A stretch of 64,000 nucleotides of DNA from Catajapyx aquilonaris (taxonomy: Eukaryota): assembly GCA_000934665.2 (NCBI GenBank), contig JYFJ02001576.1, forward strand, positions 1 to 64,000, given 5' to 3'. The translations under genes were made by a program, and so were the position numbers. Each line of letters opens with the position of its first letter. Position 1 is the stretch's first letter. This document shows positions 1 to 13,100 of the stretch, piece after piece. Below the pieces are notes generated by a model, which searched no databases, was not told the origin of the DNA, and saw only the letters and a program-made list of their open reading frames with translations.

Positions 1-39
1 CTCCCAATAACAAAAAAAGGAAGAAGGTAAAACACTCAC

Positions 40-3000
40 TTGCAAGACACAGATGGGTGATGGTATCCACAACCGTCCCCCTGCTTGCAAGCTGGCCAAT
101 ATTTGCAGCGCTCTCGCTTCGCTCCACCTGCACTCGGAGAGAGTTCTGCATCCGAGATAATTGGTGCCATCACCTTTGTGTGAAGCTGTCTTGCCTTTTG
201 TCTCGTGGCATCGTCAACATCCTCACTCTCTTCCTCATCTGATTCTTCACTCTCTGATATCTCCTGACTCAGTTTACCCAGGGTGACCAGGAAATGAGGA
301 TTGCTCACCAAACTGCTGTCAGGAAATGCGTCACTATTGTTGTCTATCTCTATCACGTCATCATCCACTTCGCTTTCTTGTAACCCTTCTGAATCAGTCT
401 TAATCACATCAGGACTGTCCATCACCTGGACAGTCCTAACAACTTGATCTTCTGTGGCCTGGGTTGTAATCGTAACCAATTCATCATCTTCTGAGTCCCA
501 GTCAAACTTCACCATTAAGTTCTCCATCTTTTTCTTGGGTGGTGGCTCATACACTGTGATAAAATCCAGGTCAATATGAAAAAGGAGCAGAACAAATGAT
601 GAGATGGGGATAGATAAACAGGCATAATGAGTTCATAAATTAATGATATTGGTGGTGTAGTGGTTATTGCCACAGCCTTCCACCTTTGAGGTCCCGAGTT
701 CGATCCCTGGGTTGGACGGTAGATTCTCATGTGGATACACTGTAATTCATGTACCAGCTGTATCCTGCTTCCGAGCTAGTGCATGTGGCCTTAACCAGTA
801 CATAGGTAGGACGCAACCAGTACAGAGCCTTGTGTCCTAGCTGCGGCCAGTAAACAGATGGTCCACACTTCCAGACACAAGAATTGCACCTGGACATGTG
901 GCTAGCGCATATTGTGAAGGGCCAGAGTGCTACCTACGACTGCAAGAGTGCAAGGCTGATATGGTTTTGGGTGCAAGTCAGAACAGGGATTATGACATCA
1001 GCAGCTTATTTTTGTTATTTAACATGTGATTTTGTATATTTATTTGTACATAAAGTAAACTGTAAATGGGTCATTTAAGTTCCGTGTGGAATGTTAATTA
1101 TTTAGAATTGGGGGAGACGGAGTGGCGCTGCGGTAACGTACGCGCCCACGGATGTTGAGGTCCCGGGTTCGATCCCAGCCCGGGGACACCCCCTTCATCT
1201 CTTGCAGAGTTCAGGGTCATCTCTGGCTTCGTTTCGGGTGGTATTTCCGTTAAGACAAACCACCCGGGGGAGTTCACAAAATGACCACAGCTACGACATT
1301 GCACTACACCTTGCACATCCCCTCCTGTCATCCTGCCCGTGGGTCCGGGAGCTTCGCAAAAAGGTTCCAAAATTGTACGACGACACAATAAAGGTCCGTG
1401 CTGAATACCGTAAGGTCAAGCACTACCCCAGGATTATTATTATTATTATTTACAGGGTGACCACCAGTGACTAAAATACAATTTCCCTGTTTTCCCTGTG
1501 TCTTCGTTGACTTTTTCCCTGCCTCTTATTTCCAACTATTTTAATTTGAAAATGCATTTTAAAGCAAATAGGGAGTGATTCACATCAGAAATACCCGCAC
1601 AAATCACTTCAGAATTTTCCCTTTATTATGTCTGAATGAAAACATTATAAAACATAACTGGCTGAAGTCCTAGATTGACTTGTATGATTCCTCATCACTG
1701 AATATAAAGAGAGAACAGAAGGAAAACAAAATTAACATTTCGGGTCATGATATGGCAATGCCCATCTCTACTTCTTCAACTTCTTCATCTTCACCAATTC
1801 AACCTGTGTGTCCTGGAGTTATTTTTTTTTCCTTCTCCAGATCCATCAACAAGGCTGTCTTTTTATTTTCCTTGTGCAACTTCCATCTGCAGTCTCTCTC
1901 TCTCCTTCTGCACGTCTACTTTGAAGTGCACCTTTGTATCTGGCACTTGCACCTCGAGCATAAGTTATCATCTCTCTATTAACAACAATGGCATCTTCCC
2001 TCCCCGCCTCATGAATGCCGTCATATGCCCTTCTGAGAGCCACCAAACTGTCTTCATGCAGGTTTTCTGTTAGCATGTCTTTGTTAATAGAAAAAAAAAC
2101 CCTCAACAAAGGCATTGCCGTGGGAGAACAGGAGAATCATTTTGATCACCTGGCAAAGTTCTGAAAGGTCATCTTTCTGATTTAGCAACGTGAAATAGAA
2201 ATTGTCCAATCGCTGAGAAGCTCGATTGAACTTATTCAACAGTTCTTCTTCTGGCAAGTCCTCAATAAGCTGTTTAAACTGCATACTTGCTCTATCACAG
2301 CAGTTCCCAAACTTTTCTGAACCGCGACCCACTATTTACAACAACAAATTTTCGCGACCCACCTAACTTTTGGGGGGGAGGGGGGGGGGAGGTATGTATC
2401 ATCTCTTATCATCATCAATATTATGCCTACTACGTTTTAAAATATATAAATGGAATATAAATTTTTTAACTGACCTATTTCTCATAAGGAGTCAACCACG
2501 CCTGTCCCTAGAACTTAGCATAATCCATATGGTGCTCATTTCAGGTCTTCATACTTATAATGCAAAATTTTCGAATTTCAAAAACTTCCACGCCCCACCA
2601 GAAATCGTCTCGCGCCCCAACAGTGGGGTGCACCCCACACTTTGGGAACCCCTGCTCTATCAGACTTCCCACAACTTAGCTGCCTCGCATTCATCAGCAT
2701 GGACAAGCAGATGTCCATAACTGCCGAGAAAAAATAATTCCCTAGAAAATGACCTAAAAAGACAAAATCCCACGTTCAGTCACCCACTATAAATATGTGT
2801 CTGGAAGGATGCCGAGAGTGTACTATGGATTCATTGGAATGTTGTGCATATTTGGGTGGCATTTTGGTATGTCTTCACGTCAAGGAGGAAAGCCAGCTGT
2901 ATTTTTTGGAACCTCTGCACAAATTTCACCAAATTTAAGAAAACTAGACACCAAAAAAAACAACCAATACCACTGTTGGATTTGATTTCCCACACCAAAC

Positions 3001-3188
3001 TTAATAAAGAAACAACATCAAAATATCCTTCCAGATAAACACAAAAGAAATTTTGTTGCCTAGTGTAATTTTAGCATATTTTGAGTCATTGACACGAATT
3101 TCCCTGTATTTTCCCTGTTTACCAGCTAATTTACAATCTCCCTGTGTTTTCCCTGTGTTCCCTGTTTTCCCTGAGTGGTGGTCACCCT

Positions 3189-3244
<56 letters not shown>

Positions 3245-3749
3245 TTATTAATTATTTATAGTTATGTGATTTTTTCACCCCTTCAATTGGCGGGGTGGGA
3301 AGGGGTGGGGGTGTCTTGACGTCACCGTTGATGACGTATACATTGGAGGTGGGGGACGGGGGAGGGGTGGTGGTGGTGGTGGTGAGAAAAGGGGGAAGGG
3401 TGGGAAAGGTGGTTGGGGAGGGGGGAATTCGAATTTTTTGCCTACGCAGCTGCAGCCGCACCTGCGGATGTATACGACATGTACCGGTTGCTAGCCAGGA
3501 CATCAGCCAGTATCCAGACGGTATTTTGTGATCACGAAATACCGCCTCTGAGCCGGTACATGAATTACAGTGTAGAGTTTCGATGGGTTCTCTCCATGTT
3601 CGCATGGGTTTTCTTGGGGTTCTCCCATTTCCTCCCACAATCAAAATCCATCACAGGACAGGCAATGATTAGAGTCGGCATAGAAAATATAATCCCCTAA
3701 AAGGCCCAAGGAGGCCTATCACAGGGTATACGTTGTTGTTGCTGTTGTT

Positions 3750-3809
<60 letters not shown>

Positions 3810-4079
3810 TCATACCCTGTTATCAGCCATCGGCTCTTTAGGGGGGAAGTTTGTTTTGCCTGGAACACTTTGCTTTCATTTTACTGTGCTCATTGGGATA
3901 GGATAGGGATGGAAGGAATCGGCTCTGGCCTATTAATTACGGAAGCAACTCCGGAATTTCCCTGGAAGGACCGTGGGAAACCACAGAAAACCACAGTCAG
4001 AGTTGCCGACCCCGGGATTCGAACCCAGGACCTCCCGATTAGCAGTCGGACGCCTTATCCACTATGCCAACCTGCTTCG

Positions 4080-4175
<96 letters not shown>

Positions 4176-7100
4176 TAATATCATATATGATATTCAACCC
4201 AACTAAATTGCTGTAATCAGATAGGGGTGCTCTGGTCACAAGAGTTTAATAGTTAGTTACTTTGTCAAAAGGAATTGTTGCCACTGTGATGTCAGTGTCC
4301 TTCTCTGGTTGCACCAAATACCAACGTCACAACATTTAGTCTCTTTCTCAAATCTTCGCTTAATAGGCACAAAAATTGCATTCATTAGGTAATCAAAAGG
4401 CTCAGACAGGAACAGTTGAGACTGCAAGTTCATAGAGCATCAGGAGAGCTGTGGCTTATTATGATCAAATTGTCATTCCTTGCCCCCTTAAAGGGACAGT
4501 CCACTCAAAAGCGCTATGAGTCACTAAGGCCCCAAGGCCAAAGCAGGGCTGAAAGATTATGTCACTGAGATAAATTTGATCTGAAGCCAAGGCAAGGTAG
4601 AAGGGGATATCGGGTCAGACAACCATGTCTCTCAATAAAGAAATGAACGAGAATGATAATTCACTGTTTCACTCGAGTATTTTATGGGGTTAAAAAACGA
4701 TATATTGATATATTATATCAAAATCCATGTAATGAAAGGGTACTGCTGCTATTTCTAATAAAGTAGCCAGTGCCAGTGGCACATGAATTAACAAGAGTGG
4801 GTGGCAAGAGGAGATCAAGGAAACTGGAGAACCCTGACAAAAACTCTAAATATGGAGAGAACTCATCAAAAGGCCACATGAGAAATTCCTCTGTCTGATG
4901 TGGAATTGAACTTGAGACCTCAGAAGTGGAAGGATGTAGCTCTCTAACCAGCTTACACTGAGATGACATGCACTACCCTTTACACTGCAGTGTGCTATAA
5001 ACAAATAAACCTAATGAGTAATGACAGTAGTCACATTGAATGTGTGATCCAGAAAGGACAAATCCCACTGAACTTGTCTTTTTTCATAGTAGGCCTATGT
5101 CAATTGCTAATGGTGTGCTTTAAATGTGTGCAGTTCAGAATACAAATGGTGAATTATCCAGGGTGTAACTCCGCCAAAGTCAACAGTCTTGCGAACTGTG
5201 TAAGGTTGATGGATTAGTAACCCCTAGGACTGGGTTTGAGTTCCAACATGGAAGATATATCCTTCACCTCTGCCTTTGTACGTACCAGATTTCTTATTTT
5301 GGTGGCTGAGGCAGACATGTAAGGCGGGAGAGAAGTGCCCACCATGGTACAGTGCTGGCCATATATCGAGGCAACCGCCAGCGACATTTTTCCGAAGCGG
5401 CAGAAGAAGGAATCGAAGATAAGCATGCTACAAGCCGGGCGAGCCAGATTCCTTCTTCTGCCGCTTCGGAAAAGTGTCGCTGGCGATTGCCTCGATATAT
5501 GGCCAGCACTGTACAGGCATGGAAAAATCAGGTAGTGGCTTCTCAGGCAGTAAAAACTAGCCTAGCCTTTTCCCCTGGGAGCTGGCTGTTGGATATTTGT
5601 AAGTGAGACAGGGAGGAGAGGGGAGGGGAGGGGCAGGGAGGGGGTTCCCTCTTCACCCATGAGACACAACATGGCAGTGCCCATGGGAAAATACTGCACA
5701 AGTTTTTACCAGCAAGGAGTCACTGCCTGATTTTTCCTTGCCCTGTACCATTGTGGGTGCATCTCTTCCATGCCATCTCAGCCACCACAATATATTACAA
5801 TCCCAGTACCTAAAGCAGCAAATATGAATGCTGAATTGTCCATGTTGGAACTCAAACCCCGCTCCAGGGTGACTAACCCGTCAACTTCACATCATTGTCG
5901 CATTTCTGGTCTGTCAATATTAGCAGAGTAACATCCTGTATAATGTGCCACCCTGTAGTTGACGAATTGGACTAAGTGGCCAAATTGTTAAACAATAGGG
6001 TCTAATTTTGCTAATATGTGCTTGGCCAGAATATTGTGCCATATCCACATACTGTGCAAATCCACATTATTATGTGGCATCAATCCTCTCATTGTTTGTG
6101 GGCACTACATGGAATAAAGTGTCACAAACATCAATAAAAGTAGATGTGCCTAATAAATTCTGTAACAAGACTGACAGATCATTAATCAAAAGTCAAAAGC
6201 ACTCACTCTCTGGGGTGGTCACACTAGGGTAGGTGACCCCAACCCTGCCTCTGATATTTGCCATCTTCTTTCTAGCCATCCTTTCAGCATACCCTCTTGT
6301 GTACAATGCCCTTCTGAGTGGTTTTGCTTCCTCCTCAGTCACCTCCTTCACCTCCACTTTCTGTGGCTTGCTGTGCCACTCTGCAGTTGACTGATGTGCT
6401 TCTGCTACAGCTTTCAGCAGCAAGTGCTTGTTAGCTTGCTGGCTGGCTGGGACTCTGGGTCTGGCCTTGACTCTCACAATACTCGCCACATTCCCCACAC
6501 TGGGGTTAGAGGGATCATATTTTTCTTCCTCCTCCTCTTCTTTTACAATCTTTCGGTGAAGGATAGCACCAACACTTGAATGCAGGCCCTTACGAGGGGG
6601 TGGAGAGGTGGGGGATGTTCTGGGAATGGGCACATTTCCCCATCCCAAACGCGCTTTCACTCCTTGACGCTCAGCCAATTTAGGAGGGTTACGCCTAATG
6701 GTCACCTTCTTGAAGGGGACGGCAGCAGATCTCTCTCTTGACAAGCGCTGTTAAAAAATATTTCAAAATATTAATGACATCACACATTCACCGAGCTACA
6801 GTTTCCCACTGTAAAGGTGCGTTCACATATACGCGACTCAACACTTGCGAGCAATTTTCAGGTTTTGCTTTTCGCGTCTTTTACGTCACGAATCAAGCGA
6901 ATTTTGGGAAAATTTTCCAGGCGTTTTCGTATCCACTATGCGATAAAACTTACTAGTTAGTTATGGAGCATGCACTGTGCAACAGGGCAGGTAAGAGGGA
7001 GGACGGGGTCGGGGTCGGTGTGGGCAGGGGGAGGTCTTGGGCTGAGAAAGATGGCGGAGCCCTGTGCTGCTGTGGCAGCCGGCATGGCAGTGAAAATGCT

Positions 7101-10100
7101 GCTGAACTTACCTCGAAAGGGCGTCCAGGTCACAGTGCACCAAGTGGGGCAAGAGCTGGACGTGGTGCGGAGGCTGGCTGGGTCGGGAGTTTGCGACAAA
7201 AAAATAAGTAACTTCCGAGCTCGGGCATCCGCATTCCTAACATGGCTGAGGAAGGCCGACAAATCCGCGTGGCGGCGATGGGTGGCTCAAACCAGCTATA
7301 AAATTTGCTCGCGTCAAAAATTCACTTCTTTCTGGCTCTGCCAGAGGAGCGCGATTTTTAGTTTAGTCGCGCGAGTGACCAAAATTTGCTCGCGTCTAGG
7401 AGAAAATCGCAGATACGTGAATGCCTTTGGCCAGACGCGAATAAGCTGAAAGCTGAAATTCGCTCGCTTTTGAGCAAAATCGCGTATATGTGAACGCACC
7501 TTAATGATATCTTTCACTTCTACATTCTTGCCAACTGCCCACAGAGGGCCTCTGCAAGTCACATCTCTGACTACTTTGAGGGACTGCGAAATGTTCAAGT
7601 ATGTACCCATACTGATATGCAAATTGCAGCAGTATTGCCAATAATTGCTGGATGACCCTTGTGTTCAAGGTAACAAGATTGATTGGGCAGGTACAAGGAT
7701 TGCTATAAATACTGCCATGCCTATGCTTAGCCTATGATCTTTATGCAATTGTGATTCCACAGATATTAAATAGCGTCCAATTTTTCCATGCCAAAAAAAC
7801 CATTCTTTTTCTAATACACCTCACATGAACACAAAACCTCATTTGGACTTTCATTCCACACAGCAGTTTTTCAAAAACTACAGCTGATTTTTTATGGGGG
7901 TTATTAAAATTTTGTCTCGAACCCTGTAGCCAAAAACATAGTATGAATGAATGAATATGTTTATTTTCCCTCTCGCCCCCGGGGGCATCTCAGAAAAGAC
8001 CTCTCTTACTCTTTGTTTACATACAACTCAAACCACTATATTTACAATATAATATCACAAAACTTAAGATTCACCACTGCTAATGAAAAAAAAGTATGTA
8101 ATTGGTGAATGGGGGGTCCAGCGGCCAAAAGTAGCAGTCGCCACGACTGCTACTTTTGGCCGCTGGAGCGCTAGGGCGCTTGGGGTTGTAAGCCAAGGAC
8201 ATGGCTGCTGGCAGTGTGCTTTGTATTGACTCGCTCATCGCATTTACACTTTTTAAAACAAAATGCCGACCACGTGTCTGGCCTACGGGTGCAGTAAGAA
8301 GGGGGGGCACCGATTCCCCAGGGATAAAGTGCTCCAAGGAAAGTGGTTGGCAGCTATAAAAAGAGCACATTTTGTGTGTACATCAGCATCCCCGGTGTGC
8401 CGGGATCACTTTTTGGAAGAGGATTACTGCACGGAAGGATATTATACAGGTGAGTGTTTCGTCAGGATTATTTTATGAATTAATGTGTACTTATGACCGT
8501 GTCAGCCACAATGCTCCGCGAGATTTAGTCGAAATGCTTGTCATTCAGTAAAGAGAAGGCTGCCCTAACCTCCATTCACTCCAACCTGTATTTTGGGGCA
8601 ATGGTGCGCCTCTGCCTTTCAGATCGTCCTTCAATTGCTTCACGGTCCGCGTTTCGTAATCTGCCATTATTACTTAAGTAAACGGTAGGCCACTAAGTAT
8701 GGACCGTCCCCGTATAAGAGTCACGGGTCAAGCGAGTGCGAGGGGGTGGGGAAAAATCGTAGGTGGCGACAACCCGGTCGGTTTTATAAAACAATTAGAA
8801 ATACGGCAGTAATCAATTTATTTCTTACGGCCGTATGGCGTGACGTCACATCCTACTTTTTGTTCGAATCGACTGGCGGGGACTGACAGGTGCACTTGTT
8901 GGAAGTCCTTGAACCTGCTTCAGCAGCTTTTTAGCCTTGCGGGTTGCACTGAAAAAGGCGCTCTCATGTTATACCGGAAGGGTACTGTACAAAGTAGTGT
9001 ACTACTGTACAGTGGTGTGTTCAGTACCCTGCCGGAGAGCGCTTTTTTCAGTGCAACCCGCAAGGCTAAAAAGCTGCTCAAGCAGGTTCAAGGACTTCAA
9101 ACAAGTGCATCTGTCAGTCCCCGCCAGTCGATTCGAACAGAGAGTAGGATGTTACGTCACGCCCTACGACCATAATAAATAAATTGATTACTGCCGTATT
9201 TCTAATTGTTTTATAAAACCGACCGGGGTTGTCGCCACCTGCGATTTTTCCCCACCCCCTCGCACTCGCTTGACCCGTGACTCTGATACACCCTGTATAT
9301 CAACACCACTTGACATGCCGCCCCACGGCCGGCAGATCAATCACACGCATGCTCAGAGCTGAGGCCTCAAGCGCAGTGCTGCCACCTACGCTGAGCTTCT
9401 GATGTCGCCACCCCCATAGCATGAGGAGGCAATAAATCAAATAAATAATACATTTTGTTTTGTGTAAGTTTCGGGATTCGCACCAATTCGCTATAAGTGA
9501 CATAAACATAGTAAATACTGACCTTACGTCCATCTCTTCTTGTTGCCTCATTTTTTTGGGGTACCATCTTTTGTATTCGTGAAGTGGCTTCGTTCTTTGG
9601 CACCTCTTTACCTGGCAGCACCGGCAAGGACGGGAGTGGCAATTTGAGCAGAGGTGTTTTTCTCTGAGAAGGTTCTTTCCCTGCATCGTCTGTGGTTAGC
9701 TCTGGACCAAGCAAATCATCAGCTTCACCATCTGCTTTCAGGTTTATGAAATCTGCATCCTCCTCATCAGTGTCCCATGGGTTCACAGACTCTAGCTGGA
9801 ACATCTCAGCAGAAGAAATCTTCTGGGTACGGGAAGCTGAAGATTTTGCTGGTTCTGTGCTTCCAACCTTCAGTTCAGCTTTCGACTCCACCTTCAACCT
9901 CTTTGGTGTTACACTTGACGCAACTTTCCCCTTTGTTTCCTTTCCTTCGCCAGCAACGTTTCTGTTATGCTTAGGTAATGCTTCTAGTTTCTTCTCCTCA
10001 TTTTTATTGCTGCCACTAGGAGCAACTGGACTGAATGATAACTCTTCAAGCTTCTTCAGAACTTGATTCAACCATGAAGTAAACTGGTCAGTGTTTGATC

Positions 10101-13100
10101 CCAAGAACAGTCGCAAATCCGAGTCCATCTGAGCCTTGCTCTTCTTGTTGGCTACCATCACCATGACATAATCTGGCAGCTCATCGTCTTTGTGTTTGAT
10201 GCAAAAGAAAAAAAATGGCAATATGTTTAAAAAATTATATTAAGTAGGAAAAAGAGCATTAAGGTGGAAATGAAGCGACTTGCTAATCAAATGAGAGTCT
10301 AGAATTGGAATGTTAATAAGAAGGGCTAAAATCAGGGAAACATACGCAACCGATGCAGCAGTAAATGCTGTTCAATCCTATGCATTCCATTCGAATCTGC
10401 GTTTTAAACTCGATTTAATATGGGCCTATTACCGGCTGCAAGTTTTTGTGCACAGGCGCAATTTTCACGACTGCCAACTTAAACATGGTATTTGGAGGTG
10501 TGCTTAATATTTTTTATTTTTGATGGAAATCAATTGTATACGGTCGTAATTACGAGGTCCCAATTTGTCATGGCATTTTTAAAAGTTTAGTTCCGAAAGG
10601 GGAGCCTGTAGCTCTTCATTTGTGTCGGATTTGGAACACGTTCAGTTGGTACGCATGTGACAGATAGAAGCGGCAAGGCAGCAAAGGTCCGGGCCAATTA
10701 TCGCGTAGCAGTATGTGACGTCATTGCCGGGCGGATTCGAATCATTCGATTATTATATTATAATTATAACTATATAAACTAATATAACGGTTCTGACGTC
10801 TGACAAACACCCCCGCCAGACGAAAATCCTGTGTGAGCCATTGTAAAAACCATCATACTAACTTGCACTCATATTTCGCGGTCGTATGCAACCGTATCTC
10901 GCAACCGTAAACAACGCTGTGTTGCCACGTCCTCACTCGAGTGGAGCAATGTGACGTCACTGGATCATTTTCGGATCGTTTTTCAGCAATGCAAATTGAC
11001 AGAGCACGGTGAGGTAGGTTTTTCTTTTTGCGGTTACGATCAGTATATAATTCCCGACTTATTCCACATTAAATTTTAAAATTCTCATTTACTTATGATT
11101 TTTTTTGTGGACTATTGAAAATTCTGCCATAATGCCATATGCCATATGCCATAATGCCATGTTAAATCGCGAACTTCTGAGCCCTCCAGTTCGCTAATTT
11201 GCACGGTGACATATATATTTTTTTGCACCATTGATAAGAGGACATAAAACTGCGTAACATACGTTTTTTTCATAAAATTCTCATTAAGTGACTCTAGCTT
11301 CATTTCCACCTTAAATAAAGTCAATAACTTGTAAACAATATCCATACCGATCCATACACTCTCCCATGTTAAAATTGATTGCATGTTTGTTGTTTATTTC
11401 ACTACAAAACTTGCCACCTCATGTGCTCTTACGTCTGTGTGACTTGTTCGTTCTTACTATGCATATAAGTGTTTAATACATCTACCAGCAAACTTACAGG
11501 AGTGTAAGGAAGACAAAATTAGCCATTTTGGAACTGGGCACTGATGCAGTGCCTAGGCCTAGGCCTGATGAATCTCTTATAGACAACAGATGGCAATCAA
11601 AGGTACAGAAAAAGCACGTGTCTACAGGAAATCTTGCATATTGATGCTGCCAAAATCACCACCTCCCTCCCAGACCATTTCCATACAGCTAATATAATAG
11701 CACAAGAAAAAGTTACCTGCGTAATTTTTTGTGTAAGTGGGCATCAAAAGCACTAGAAATATCTCAACAGGGGATGTTCACTTGCACCTGCCATCCTTAT
11801 TGACAGCCAAACATTCTTGTATTACTACGATACTACCCACTATACAAACTCATTCATTGGATTTAATTCCTGCCAGAATAACAGTTTTTCTTGCTTCCCC
11901 AAACTCTTGTACAACATAATGTTCCCGGTATAGGAGCAAAATAGACAGTCAGAGAGGGAGATATTGATTCAGACAGCTTAAGTATGCACACTTTGTATGC
12001 ATGCAGGTGCTTTACAGGGCCTGAGACACTTTTCAGTGTTCAAAAAAATGTGTTGCTTTTTATTCGACATAATCACCATAATGCTAAAAAGTAGTCAGCC
12101 ATTACATTTCAGTTTCATTTCAGTTGGAGTACCCTGTGCACATTACAGGCCTAATACAGGGTGTCCACATTGAACCTCCCTAGCTTCAATGAGCAGTAAA
12201 AAATAAAATTGCAGAGGTATTTAAGGCTTTGGTTGTTTAACCCTCATTAGACGGGCGGTTTTTTTCGTGCTTTTGCAAGAATCTGCAAAAAAATCACTTG
12301 CGTTGTCATTTGAGGGATCACACGTGACTATCGAATGAGTAACATCGCGTAGTGTCTAGGCTTGATCCTGAGGCCATTTATGGGACCCTCTTGCCATACC
12401 ATGCGGATATTTAAATTCTTAAAGCCTCAACAGATCCCACAGGGGTACGTTTCGCACCTACGTATTTTATTCTCCAATTTTTTGACACTCCTGCGCTGAC
12501 AAGAAGTATATGTGTATGTCGCCCTGGCGCTGCTGAACAGACCAGTACACATGAATAATACGTCCCAGGACAGGCATCCCAGCTACAGAGACAAACATAC
12601 ACCCCCCACCCAAGTGGAAACCTGCCTCGCTCCACAGCTGTTCAAAAGCCCCGCCGGGCATGCGCCCCTCCATCCTGACGGAGGCCGGCAAGGATTTGTG
12701 CAGTGGCCCGCCAGCCACTAATTAGCATTTATGTACATTATTTATTTATTTTAAAACTATTGAATCATCTTTTGTACTAATTTTAGGGTGGAATCTCTTT
12801 GGGGGCAACTCTGTATGCAAAAATTTGCCGGTCAACATCATAATTTTTTGGGAGGGGGGAGTTATTTTTTCATCGGCTGCAAAAAGATGATGTCATTCAA
12901 GTTAATCTGGTGATGTTACTGCTGGCGATGACATTGTGCGATCAAATTGTTCACATGTAAATGCACCTTAAAGCAGCTGCGAAGAAGCACAATGTGGTAA
13001 GAGTCACACTAATGGGCAAACATAAGGGGCGCGTGCCGCTGGAGAGAAAAATGGGCCATGTAGGCACCTTCACTGCTGAACAGGAAACACTGTTATGGGT

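Larger units (their letters stand above)
1110..3247 (+). mobile_element. tRNA-derived SINE family A; body 1110-1431, (ATT)n tail interrupted by a DNA transposon and resuming at 3190-3247
   Basis: B box ggttcgatccc; homologous copy at 63026-63423; degenerate TSD ttaattatttagaatt (1094-1109) / ttaattatttatagtt (3248-3263). Confidence 0.8.
738..3572. mobile_element. Non-autonomous TIR DNA element with TA target-site duplication (Tc1/mariner-type); hosts further insertions
   Basis: TIR cactgtaattcatgtacc(a/g)gct, 21/22 match at 738-759 and 3551-3572; TA at 736-737 and 3573-3574. Confidence 0.85.
651..3750 (+). mobile_element. tRNA-headed SINE with a V-SINE-like central domain, split by a nested insertion (head 651-737, body about 3575-3750)
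   Basis: A/B-box-like head (tggtgtagtgg...gagttcgatccc). The rejoined junction ttctcatgtggata|gagtttcgatgggttctctccat aligns with the uninterrupted copy at about 4770-4962 (minus). Confidence 0.7.

Noticed and set aside
3870..4206. ORFs with poly-N/I/Y/D runs (also 3053-3319, 19138-19395, 26122-26343, 39639-39875)
   Set aside because: These are translations of (AAT)n/(GAT)n microsatellites.
5294..5606. Near-identical peptides on both strands (also 8840-9182 and 18434-18877)
   Set aside because: A consequence of palindromic MITEs, not genes.
6957..7449. GC-rich ORFs of 80-160 aa
   Set aside because: They lie inside a Harbinger-type MITE and contain no recognisable domain.
12158..12900. Single transposon-like termini (ta|cagggtgtcc at about 12158; ttaa|ccctcattag at 12241)
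   Set aside because: No matching opposite TIR was found, so no element boundaries can be supported.
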